Shown here: positions 19,758 through 27,908 of the stretch, piece by piece
Position numbering within the stretch: position 1 is the first letter of the stretch
Layout of the letters: each line of letters opens with the position of its first letter
NCBI GenBank assembly: GCA_018901615.1
Contig: JAHIEN010000108.1
Location: 1-62,915 of the forward strand
Length of the DNA: 62,915 nt
Source of the DNA: Candidatus Omnitrophota bacterium
GTDB taxonomy: Bacteria; Omnitrophota; Gorgyraeia; Gorgyraeales; Gorgyraeaceae
Direction of reading: 5' to 3'
Translations under genes and position numbers: made by a program
The notes under the pieces: model-generated
Seen by the model: only the letters and a program-made list of their open reading frames with translations
Told to the model about the DNA's origin: nothing
Databases searched by the model: none

Positions 19758-21176
19758 ATGATGAAAAAAAATAGTTTTTTTTATTCTTGGTTATCGGATA
19801 AGAGAGAAAAAAAAGCAAATGACGGAAAAAAGTCATATCCCCTTAGTCAAAGAGTAAGAAAATTATTTCATAGCCATCACCTGGTAGGTAATTTTTTCCA
19901 CTATCGCACAGCGATAAAAATATTAGGCTGGAATTATAACAGTGTTTTTGAAGATGGCCGGTTGGATTTAAATCCTCACAGATGGGCGGATTTTGGCCCC
20001 TTAAATTTTCAAATAGGCCCCCCTAAAGATGTCGCAAGGTGTTTACAAAAGATGAGCATATCTAAAAATATAAACTCATACCCGCCAAATCTTATACCCT
20101 CTCTCAGAGAAATTGTTTCAAGGGTTATTTTTAAGCGGAGTTGTAGTAAAGATTTTGACTTGATTTGTACCGAAGGGGCTCAATCCGCTTTGGCGTATTG
20201 CATGCTGACGTTCGTTAATCGCGGCGATGAGGTTATAATAACAGACCCGGGATATTTTTTCTTTGAACCTCCGATCCTGACAGCGGGAGGAAAAATAAAA
20301 AGAATCACCCTTTCCAAAAAAAATAATTTCAGGATAGACATCGAAAGTCTTAAAAAGAAAATAACCCCCAGGACAAAAATAATCATCATTTGCGACCCCA
20401 TTAACCCTTTTGGTACCATTCAAACAGAGGATGAATTGAGGGAAATAATAAAAATCGCGAATAAGTACAATATTATAGTGCTAAATAACATAACCCATGG
20501 TTTTCATCGATTAAATGTAAATGCAGAACATAGCCCTATGAGTTCTTTGCGTGGCGCAAACTCAAAAAACGTCATTACGATCGCAGGCCTTTCGCATGGA
20601 TACGGATTGGCAGGTTTAAGGATAGGGTTTTTAGGAGCGCATCCTGAAATATTAAAACCTGTTTTATCAATAAAAAGCGCCTTGACCCGTATAAATACGA
20701 ATCTTTTAACACAGTACGCGGCTATAGCAGCTTTAGAGGACAATGAATATATCCATAACTGCGACAACCTGTTGAGAAAAAACTTTTCTTTTTTTAAGGA
20801 TATTATATATGGAATTCCAGCGCTAAGTTTTATTATAGAACCTGATTATGGTTTTTTCGCTTGCGTGGATACTTCCAAAATAAAAGCGAGCTCTCAGGAG
20901 TTGACCGTAGCCTTATTGAAAAGGAAATGCGCGGTGTATCCTTCGGATGGCTTAGGAAACACAAAAGCGTCTTCCTATATAAGGATAAATTTTTCTACGC
21001 CGCACAGAAAACATTTCACGTGGCTTAAGAAGGCATTGCCAAAGGCGATAAAAGAGGCTGAAACAAGAAAATATGGAAAAGCAGTGATTGATTTTTTTAG
21101 GTCCGTAGGTACGAAGAGGGCATTGAAAATAATTAAAGATATTGGTTCAGGAGCGTCTTTAAAGAATAAAAATTAG
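19758..21176 (+). CDS. Class I/II aminotransferase-fold protein lacking the canonical PLP-lysine
   Basis: CDPINPFGT (the NPxNPTG-like motif) and GLAGLRIGF (the GxRxG motif) identify the fold. The expected SxSK reads GLSH (His codon 20595-20597), and the expected D-x-x-Y region reads LNNITH. Confidence 0.6.
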   Translation: MMKKNSFFYSWLSDKREKKANDGKKSYPLSQRVRKLFHSHHLVGNFFHYRTAIKILGWNYNSVFEDGRLDLNPHRWADFGPLNFQIGPPKDVARCLQKMSISKNINSYPPNLIPSLREIVSRVIFKRSCSKDFDLICTEGAQSALAYCMLTFVNRGDEVIITDPGYFFFEPPILTAGGKIKRITLSKKNNFRIDIESLKKKITPRTKIIIICDPINPFGTIQTEDELREIIKIANKYNIIVLNNITHGFHRLNVNAEHSPMSSLRGANSKNVITIAGLSHGYGLAGLRIGFLGAHPEILKPVLSIKSALTRINTNLLTQYAAIAALEDNEYIHNCDNLLRKNFSFFKDIIYGIPALSFIIEPDYGFFACVDTSKIKASSQELTVALLKRKCAVYPSDGLGNTKASSYIRINFSTPHRKHFTWLKKALPKAIKEAETRKYGKAVIDFFRSVGTKRALKIIKDIGSGASLKNKN

Positions 21177-21214
21177 ACGAGCCCATATATGAAGCAAGTT
21201 TTTAGAGATTTTTT

Positions 21215-22657
21215 ATGAGCGATATTACATTGATCAATATATCCATAGCCAAATATTTCGGCACAAAAGTAGTCTATGAACGGAACGCCGTGGGGATTTT
21301 TTTATTGATCGCTGTTCTTGAACGGTCGGGGTTTAAAGTAGCTTTTCATGAGCATTTCTTAGATCATCGATGTACATTCAAAGAAGAGACGGATCGTTTT
21401 ATGTCTTTGATAGATCCAACATCTCTTTTTATAGGTATCGGATGTCATTCGGTCCATCTTCCTTTCGCGGTAAGGGTCGCAAAAAAATTAAAAACGCGGT
21501 TTCCTGATAAAATTATAATTATGGGAGGCATAGGGCCTTCAGCTGTAGCTAAGCAGTTATTAGAACGGTTTGCTTTTATTGATGTTATAGTAGTGGGAGA
21601 GGCCGAAGAGACCATAGTAGAAGTGATAGAGAAGGGCAGAAAGTCTTTTAAGGATATAAGAGGCATAGTCTATAGAGAGAAGGGTGCTGTATTTGTTAAT
21701 GATCCTCGGCCACCCATAGAAGATTTGGACGGTATTCCATTGCCAGCATATCATGCGGTGGATTTTAAGCGAGAGTATCAAATCCCCACTCTTTTTACTT
21801 CCAGGGGGTGTTCTTTTGCCTGTTCATTTTGTAGTTTGAGCACTTTTTGGGGAAAAAAAATCCGATATCGGTCAATCGATAACGTTATGCAGGAATTGAT
21901 TTTTTTGAAAGAGCATTATGGAACGAAATACATATTTTTTGGTGACCCTACTTTTAACGCGGATAGAGACAGAATCCTCATGTTTTGCCGTAGGATGAAG
22001 AAGGAAGGATTAGGGCTTAAATGGGAATGCTTGGTAAGGGCGGATTATATGGACGAAGAAATGATGGATTGCATGAAACAAGCCGGGTGCGAAACAGTAT
22101 TTTATGGATTAGAATCAGGAAGCAGAAGCATCTATAAGAAAATTAAACATGATATTTTTATAGATAGATCAATAGAAAACATACAAAAATCTTTTAAATA
22201 TTTCAAAACCGTGGAAGTAAGTTTAATATGGGGCTTTCCTTTTGAGACATTGGATGATTTTAAGACAACGCTGGAAATGCGAAATTCCTTAGAAAACGAA
22301 CCCGGTTGCGAAGTACAGCTGCGGTGGCTGGAGCCCTATCCCGGAACACCGCTTTATAAAGAATATAAAGATGAATTGTTTTTACCTGAAATACATAGCT
22401 TGATTTTTCAGAAAGAGAGAGTTGGTTCAGCTATAGCAGGAGGAAAGGACTATTATGCCTGTCAAGGCGGGGAATCAGGTATTCGTATTCCCGCTGATGT
22501 TACCAGTGTTCGATTTATGATCGCCGCTTCTCATACTGCGTCGTTATGCCGAGAAATAATCGAACAAAACCCCGATATTTTTTGTGATTACTATAGATAT
22601 AAAACGCCAGATTTAGAAGAAAAATTGAGACTCGCAAAAAGATATAGTGTTTATTAA
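21215..22657 (+). CDS. B12-binding-domain radical SAM protein (paralog group 2, copy C)
   Basis: MSDITLIN start. SRGCSFACSFC, GLESGS. 39 of the first 60 residues are identical to copy B by eye, and both are 480 aa. Confidence 0.75.
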   Translation: MSDITLINISIAKYFGTKVVYERNAVGIFLLIAVLERSGFKVAFHEHFLDHRCTFKEETDRFMSLIDPTSLFIGIGCHSVHLPFAVRVAKKLKTRFPDKIIIMGGIGPSAVAKQLLERFAFIDVIVVGEAEETIVEVIEKGRKSFKDIRGIVYREKGAVFVNDPRPPIEDLDGIPLPAYHAVDFKREYQIPTLFTSRGCSFACSFCSLSTFWGKKIRYRSIDNVMQELIFLKEHYGTKYIFFGDPTFNADRDRILMFCRRMKKEGLGLKWECLVRADYMDEEMMDCMKQAGCETVFYGLESGSRSIYKKIKHDIFIDRSIENIQKSFKYFKTVEVSLIWGFPFETLDDFKTTLEMRNSLENEPGCEVQLRWLEPYPGTPLYKEYKDELFLPEIHSLIFQKERVGSAIAGGKDYYACQGGESGIRIPADVTSVRFMIAASHTASLCREIIEQNPDIFCDYYRYKTPDLEEKLRLAKRYSVY

Positions 22658-22723
22658 GCTGTATTTCTGCGATAATATGGCAGGCTGGACACGTTAGAAT
22701 GAACGAGAGGGTAATGCATTACA

Positions 22724-23482
22724 TTGAAATATTTTTCTAGATACTTATCATTTATAATTTTCATTATTTTCTGGCAGGTCTGTGCGGAGTATATCTATCC
22801 ACAGTTTAACCCTATGGCACATAATGTTCTTCCTTCTCCGTGGGAGGTAGTGCGGATGGGAGCGGAGTTATTCAGGAGAGGAGAGTTGGTAAGACATATA
22901 TGGGCTACCGTGAGGCGGGTTGCGATTGGATTTTCATTAGCAGTTCTGATTGGAATTTTTTTAGGGGGTTTAATGGGTTTAAATAGCGCTGTGAAGGAAC
23001 GCTTGAAATTGATAATCGTCCTTTTAAGACCGATACCACCCTTTGCCTGGATTCCCTTGGGACTGATTTGGTTTGGGATAGGGGAAGCGGAGATGATAAT
23101 GATCATTGTTATCAGCAGCGTTTTTTTTGTGGCCATACACACTCTTTATGGAATAGAAAGAATTGACTTTAGATTGAAGCAGGCAGCAAAAAGTTTAGGG
23201 TCGAATCGCTGGGATTTATTGAAAAGGGTAATCCTGCCAAGTTTATTGCCAGAATTATTTCATGGGATGAGGCTGGCTTTGGGCTTTTGCTGGGTTGCGG
23301 TTGTGGGGGCCGAGATAGTCGGTTCTGTTTCTGGTTTGGGTTATTTAATTTTAGATTCAAGGAATCGAGGCCTTCCCCAGATGGCTATTTTAGGAATGAT
23401 GTTGATAGGTTTTATTGGTCTGAGCATGGATCGTATATTAGTCAGGGTTAAGAAGACATTTTTACCGTGGGATAGTAAATGA
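22724..23482 (+). CDS. ABC transporter permease (NitT/TauT family)
   Basis: TTG start. About 6 TM segments. The EAA-like loop AAKSLGSNRWDLLKRVILPSLLP is typical of binding-protein-dependent permeases. Confidence 0.7.
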   Translation: MKYFSRYLSFIIFIIFWQVCAEYIYPQFNPMAHNVLPSPWEVVRMGAELFRRGELVRHIWATVRRVAIGFSLAVLIGIFLGGLMGLNSAVKERLKLIIVLLRPIPPFAWIPLGLIWFGIGEAEMIMIIVISSVFFVAIHTLYGIERIDFRLKQAAKSLGSNRWDLLKRVILPSLLPELFHGMRLALGFCWVAVVGAEIVGSVSGLGYLILDSRNRGLPQMAILGMMLIGFIGLSMDRILVRVKKTFLPWDSK

Positions 23483-24273
23483 CAGGACGCCTTACGAAAA
23501 TCGCGCATAGAGTAAAAAAATTTGATTTGATTATATTAGTGTTATTTTCATGGGAAATCTTCGCGCGATTTATTTATCCTCGATTTGAACCTCGAGCGGC
23601 AGTTTATTTACCAGCTTTTTCAAGTGTCTTAAAGGAATGCTGGCAACTTCTGGCCGATGGAATTCTCATGCAGCATATATGGGCTAGTCTTAGACGCGTA
23701 TTGATTGGTTTTTCATTAGCTTCTTTATTCGGCATAACCTTAGGATTCATTATAGGTCTTTCACAAAAAGCATATGAACAATTGCATACACTGTGTCAAA
23801 TTTTTCGGCCTATACCTCCTGTAGCATGGATACCGATTAGCTTGCTTTGGTTTGGAATAACAGACGCGCAGCAGTATTTTATTATTTTTATAGGCGTCCT
23901 TTTTCCTATTTTGTTTAATACCTTGCAGGGTGTCCATAGTGTGTCCAGTCAATATAAACTCGTAGCGCAGGCTTTAGGGGCTCGAAGATTCCTGCTTATA
24001 AGGCGAGTGATATTGCCAGCAGTCCTTCCAAGGATAATTTTTGGATTACGTTCAGGGGTTGGATATGCCTGGTTTATAATAGTGGCAGCTGAGTTTGTTT
24101 CAGCGCCCAATGGCCTGGGCTACCTTATTTTAGAAGGAAGAAACATGATCATTACAGAGAGGATTTTTGTAGGCATGATAACCATAGGCGCGATAAATCT
24201 TTTTTTTCATTATTTTTTAACTAAATTTGAAAATTGGATTGCGCCTTGGCGGAAAATCGCTTTTATTTTTTAA
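23479..24273 (+). CDS. ABC transporter permease (NitT/TauT family), second subunit
   Basis: Paralog of 22724. Loop VAQALGARRFLLIRRVILPAVLP. Start overlaps the upstream stop. Confidence 0.7.
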   Translation: MTGRLTKIAHRVKKFDLIILVLFSWEIFARFIYPRFEPRAAVYLPAFSSVLKECWQLLADGILMQHIWASLRRVLIGFSLASLFGITLGFIIGLSQKAYEQLHTLCQIFRPIPPVAWIPISLLWFGITDAQQYFIIFIGVLFPILFNTLQGVHSVSSQYKLVAQALGARRFLLIRRVILPAVLPRIIFGLRSGVGYAWFIIVAAEFVSAPNGLGYLILEGRNMIITERIFVGMITIGAINLFFHYFLTKFENWIAPWRKIAFIF

Positions 24274-24275
24274 TT

Positions 24276-25052
24276 ATGGCCAAAGTAGAGTTTAAGAATG
24301 TATCCAAAGTTTACCAGGATAGTAAAGACGATCGCAAGATACTGTCTTTAAAAGACATTTCTTTTTTAGTGAATCCGGGTGAGATTATGGTGTTAATCGG
24401 TCCGTCTGGCTGCGGCAAGACCACGATCTTAAACCTTATTGCAGGTTTTATTCAGCCTACGGAAGGAAAGGTATTATTTAACGGCCAGCCGGTTACCGGC
24501 CCTGGAGCGGAACGAACGATAATCTTTCAGGAGTATATCCTCTTTCCCTGGTATTCAGTCCGCAATAATATCGAATTTGGTTTGACTGCTAAGAAGGTCC
24601 CGAAACAAGAAAGGCGGCGGATATCCGACGAGTTATTATCTTTAGTCGATTTAGAGCGATTTGCCGATTTCTACCCCCACCAGTTATCCGGAGGGATGAA
24701 GCAGCGCGTTGCTTTAGCGAGAGCACTTGCCGTAAATCCGGAAGTCCTTTTGATGGATGAGCCATTTGGTTCTTTAGACGAGCAGGTGAGAAGGTTTTTG
24801 CAGCAGTCTTTATTAAAAATTTGGAGAGTTAAAAGGCCGACAATTATTTTTGTTACGCATAGCATTGGTGAAGCGCTTATTCTCGGCCATAAGATCTTGG
24901 TATTGAGCTGTCAGCCGGCTGAAGAACGCGATTATATAGAAATCAATAAACCTTTTCCTCGTGATCTTGTGCGTGATTTATTTTTTCAAGATATCAAGAT
25001 CAGAATCCATGGAATGCTACAAGAAGAGTTTAAAAAAGGTAAAAAGTGTTAG
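24276..25052 (+). CDS. ABC transporter ATP-binding protein (SsuB/TauB-like)
   Basis: Walker A GPSGCGKTT, signature LSGGMKQR, Walker B LLMDEPFGSLD. The ATG at 24276 (MAKVEFKNV) is preferred over the upstream in-frame start of the ORF track, which overlaps the permease gene. Confidence 0.8.
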   Translation: MAKVEFKNVSKVYQDSKDDRKILSLKDISFLVNPGEIMVLIGPSGCGKTTILNLIAGFIQPTEGKVLFNGQPVTGPGAERTIIFQEYILFPWYSVRNNIEFGLTAKKVPKQERRRISDELLSLVDLERFADFYPHQLSGGMKQRVALARALAVNPEVLLMDEPFGSLDEQVRRFLQQSLLKIWRVKRPTIIFVTHSIGEALILGHKILVLSCQPAEERDYIEINKPFPRDLVRDLFFQDIKIRIHGMLQEEFKKGKKC

Positions 25053-25058
25053 CCCTTA

Positions 25059-26336
25059 ATGAAAAATAAAATAATCAAGATTGTAATCTGGATTATTTCC
25101 TGGCTAAGGTCCGGTAGTTTACGAAGAAAAATTATCTTGCCATTCCTTAGTTCTAAATTTTTTACGTTTCTATCATTAGATTTTTTAAAGCCCCCCCGGA
25201 ATAAAATTTCTGATAACCCTGCCAGAAGCCAGATCTTGTTTCAAAAAATTTATTTAAAGATATTTAGGAAGCCGGAAGTTTTTTTGTGTAACTTTCAGGA
25301 TACTTTAAGGGTGTGTGCAACCTACAGGTGCAATTTGTCTTGCAAATCATGTTATGCCCGGGGATTACATGATCAAATGCCGGTCGATATGAAAATAGAT
25401 GATTTTAAGCGTCTAATAAAGTGGTCAAAAGACAAAGGTTGGAAAAAAATAAGATTTTTGGGAGGGGAGGCTACTATTCACCCGGAGTTTATCAAGATGC
25501 TGGATATTTGTTATCAAAATCAAATGATGGTTACGATACCGACGAATAACCTTTTTCCGGAAAAGATCCTGAAAAATCTCGATAATCGTTTAGTAAAGGA
25601 CATTTCCATTAACTACAATGCCGGCTTTATGAATGATAAACAAAAAAATAGACTCTTCAGGGAGAATATTGGAAAACTCGCGCAACGCGACATGCCTTTT
25701 GGGTTTTCTTATGTGTTAAGTTATGAAGAAGACAGCGATAATTGGACCGATCTTATCAAGGATGCTGAACGGTTTAAACCTTTATATATCAGGGTAAGTA
25801 TTGAACTTCCTTCTTTTTCCGACCAGTCTTTTTTTGCCGAACTTGACCCTGACGCGCTATTTGCGAAAGTACACCGGATGTGGCAGATGAGCGCGAAGTT
25901 ATACATCCCATTTTTTTTCTACCGCCCTGTACTTTTGTGCATGGTCCCGCAATGGGTTCTGGATTCCGATTATTATTCTGGACATCTTTTTTTTACCTGT
26001 TGTCCGATCAGCTATTGTTCGAAGGATAGTGGTTACGGTACGATGGTTACGGTCAATCCAGACTTGTCTACTTTTCCCTGCGCATCGGTGTTTATCAAAG
26101 GGCCGGAAATACTTAGTTTTAATGACCGGAGCGAAATAGATCTTTTTTATAGAGAACAGATAAAGGCTTTGTTATTAACCCCGCTTATGAATAAGTGTAA
26201 TTATTGCAAATACCGGAGAGAATTTGTTGCGGCTGTTCAAAAGGACCAGGCAATGATTGATGATAAAGGTATTTGCCAGGCCGGATGCGCTAATTTTCGG
26301 TGTCACAATAGCGTGTGTTTTAATTGCAAAGAATGA
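25059..26336 (+). CDS. Radical SAM protein with Cys-rich (SPASM-like) C-terminal region
   Basis: CNLSCKSCY cluster motif and GGEATIHPE. The C-terminal third has many Cys (FFTCCPISYC, FPCAS, KCNYCKY, CQAGCANFRCHNSVCFNC). Confidence 0.65.
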   Translation: MKNKIIKIVIWIISWLRSGSLRRKIILPFLSSKFFTFLSLDFLKPPRNKISDNPARSQILFQKIYLKIFRKPEVFLCNFQDTLRVCATYRCNLSCKSCYARGLHDQMPVDMKIDDFKRLIKWSKDKGWKKIRFLGGEATIHPEFIKMLDICYQNQMMVTIPTNNLFPEKILKNLDNRLVKDISINYNAGFMNDKQKNRLFRENIGKLAQRDMPFGFSYVLSYEEDSDNWTDLIKDAERFKPLYIRVSIELPSFSDQSFFAELDPDALFAKVHRMWQMSAKLYIPFFFYRPVLLCMVPQWVLDSDYYSGHLFFTCCPISYCSKDSGYGTMVTVNPDLSTFPCASVFIKGPEILSFNDRSEIDLFYREQIKALLLTPLMNKCNYCKYRREFVAAVQKDQAMIDDKGICQAGCANFRCHNSVCFNCKE

Positions 26337-26360
26337 ATGCCAGTGTGTGGTAGCTAAAAG

Positions 26361-27908
26361 ATGAGCAAGAAAATAATTAGTTTAATTTCCACTGAGCTTA
26401 TCCCTACTTGTCACGGACTGCGAAGCATCTCTTCGTTTTTACGGCAAAAAGGATACGACACAAAACTTATTTTTTTCGGTACCCGGAGCCGGCGCTATCC
26501 GCAAAAGGCCTTAAGAGAATTACGGAATTGCGTTAATGGGTCAGACTTAATAGGTATTTCTTGCTACAGCCAGAGTTTTTCTAAAGCCTTGCAGGTCATC
26601 TCCGTTTTAAAACCGCTTAGTATTCCTATTGTCTGGGGTGGCTGTCATGCCACACTGAATTCCGCCGAATGCATTAAGCATGTCGATATCATCTGCAGAG
26701 GTGAGGGAGAAGGCGCAATTCTGGAATTGATAGGATCTCTCGACAATCGCGAAAAAATAAAACGGATCCCTAACTTATGGGTTAAACAAAATGGGGAAAT
26801 ATTTAAGAATGCGCTTCGGCCGCTCATGCCCAATCTGGATATACTGCCTCCGGAAGATTACGAATTCAATCACCAGTATTTTCTTGAATCCGGGAAACGT
26901 ATTGCGCGATATGCCGGACAAAGATTAGGCGCTCAAAGCTATCAAAATGTGCTTGCGAGAAAAAAACTAAAAGGATTTAGCGTATCCTTATCGCGCGGAT
27001 GTCCTTATGCTTGCGCGTATTACTATAATTATGATTACAAGGAGATTTACCGGGACATCAACAATAATACCCTTAAAAGAAAAAGCGTTGAGGCCGCGAT
27101 AAAAGAAATACTTTATTATAAAAAGAAACTTAATTTGACTTCGCGGTTTCATTTTATCTCATTTGATGATGACGATTTTTTTGTGCGCCCTTTAAGTGAA
27201 ATAAAACAATTCTCTGAAGAATACCGAAAGAATATTGGTATTTCTTTTGGGTGCCATGTCCACGTACAGTCTTTCAATGAAGAGAAGCTTAAGGCGCTCA
27301 TCGATGCCGGCTTAAAAGTAGTAACCACGGGGCTGCAGACGGGGAGCGAGAGGATTAACCGGGAAATATATAACCGGATCGTATCGGATAAAGAAGTGAT
27401 CAATGTGGCAAAAACGCTGCGTCGATATTTAAAATATTTCTTTCTGCCCCCTTCTTATCATGTAATAAACACTAATCCCTACGAGACAAAAGAAGACGTG
27501 TGGAAGACAATTAACCTTATCAATGAGCTGCCCCGTCCGTTTAATATTCAGATATTCCAATTAGCGTTCTTTCCTAACAGCCGGCTGGCCACTAAGGCGT
27601 TTGAAGATAAAGTTGTTATGAATAAAAAAGATTTAGCTTTCGACCTCCATTATTACGACGCGATTTCTTATCTGAAAAGGAGGCGAAATTACCGCTACGA
27701 GTGGTTTTTATTGAATTTAATGAACGGTAGTCACCATAGATTTCGTAAAGGGCGGATCTCTTATTTGATGTTCAATATCCTTACGCACAAAAGAATGCTC
27801 AAAATGTCTGAGCGCTGCAGTTGGATAACATATTTATTATCTTTGCTTTTTCTTTTCTCAAAAAAAAGATATGTAAGGTATCATTATGAACGAAACCACA
27901 GATTGTAA
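26361..27908 (+). CDS. B12-binding-domain radical SAM-like protein (paralog group 1) with degenerate cluster motif CxxxCxxY
   Basis: WGGCHAT...ICRGEGE, then SRGCPYACAYYYN. The third Cys position is Tyr (codon tac, 27021-27023). GLQTGSERIN is retained. IPNLWVKQNGEIFKNALRP matches group 1. Confidence 0.65.
   Translation: MSKKIISLISTELIPTCHGLRSISSFLRQKGYDTKLIFFGTRSRRYPQKALRELRNCVNGSDLIGISCYSQSFSKALQVISVLKPLSIPIVWGGCHATLNSAECIKHVDIICRGEGEGAILELIGSLDNREKIKRIPNLWVKQNGEIFKNALRPLMPNLDILPPEDYEFNHQYFLESGKRIARYAGQRLGAQSYQNVLARKKLKGFSVSLSRGCPYACAYYYNYDYKEIYRDINNNTLKRKSVEAAIKEILYYKKKLNLTSRFHFISFDDDDFFVRPLSEIKQFSEEYRKNIGISFGCHVHVQSFNEEKLKALIDAGLKVVTTGLQTGSERINREIYNRIVSDKEVINVAKTLRRYLKYFFLPPSYHVINTNPYETKEDVWKTINLINELPRPFNIQIFQLAFFPNSRLATKAFEDKVVMNKKDLAFDLHYYDAISYLKRRRNYRYEWFLLNLMNGSHHRFRKGRISYLMFNILTHKRMLKMSERCSWITYLLSLLFLFSKKRYVRYHYERNHRL

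Noticed and set aside
24234-24275. Upstream extension of the ABC ATPase ORF (MDCALAENRFYFLI..) given by the ORF track.
   Set aside because: It overlaps the 3' end of the permease gene. The ATG at 24276 gives the usual MAKVEFKNVSK N-terminus of ABC ATPases right after the permease stop.
25053-26360. RiPP-style precursor peptide next to the SPASM-like radical-SAM gene.
   Set aside because: The flanking gaps are 6 and 24 nt. No short ORF with an RBS fits anywhere between 14.4 and 44.6 kb.
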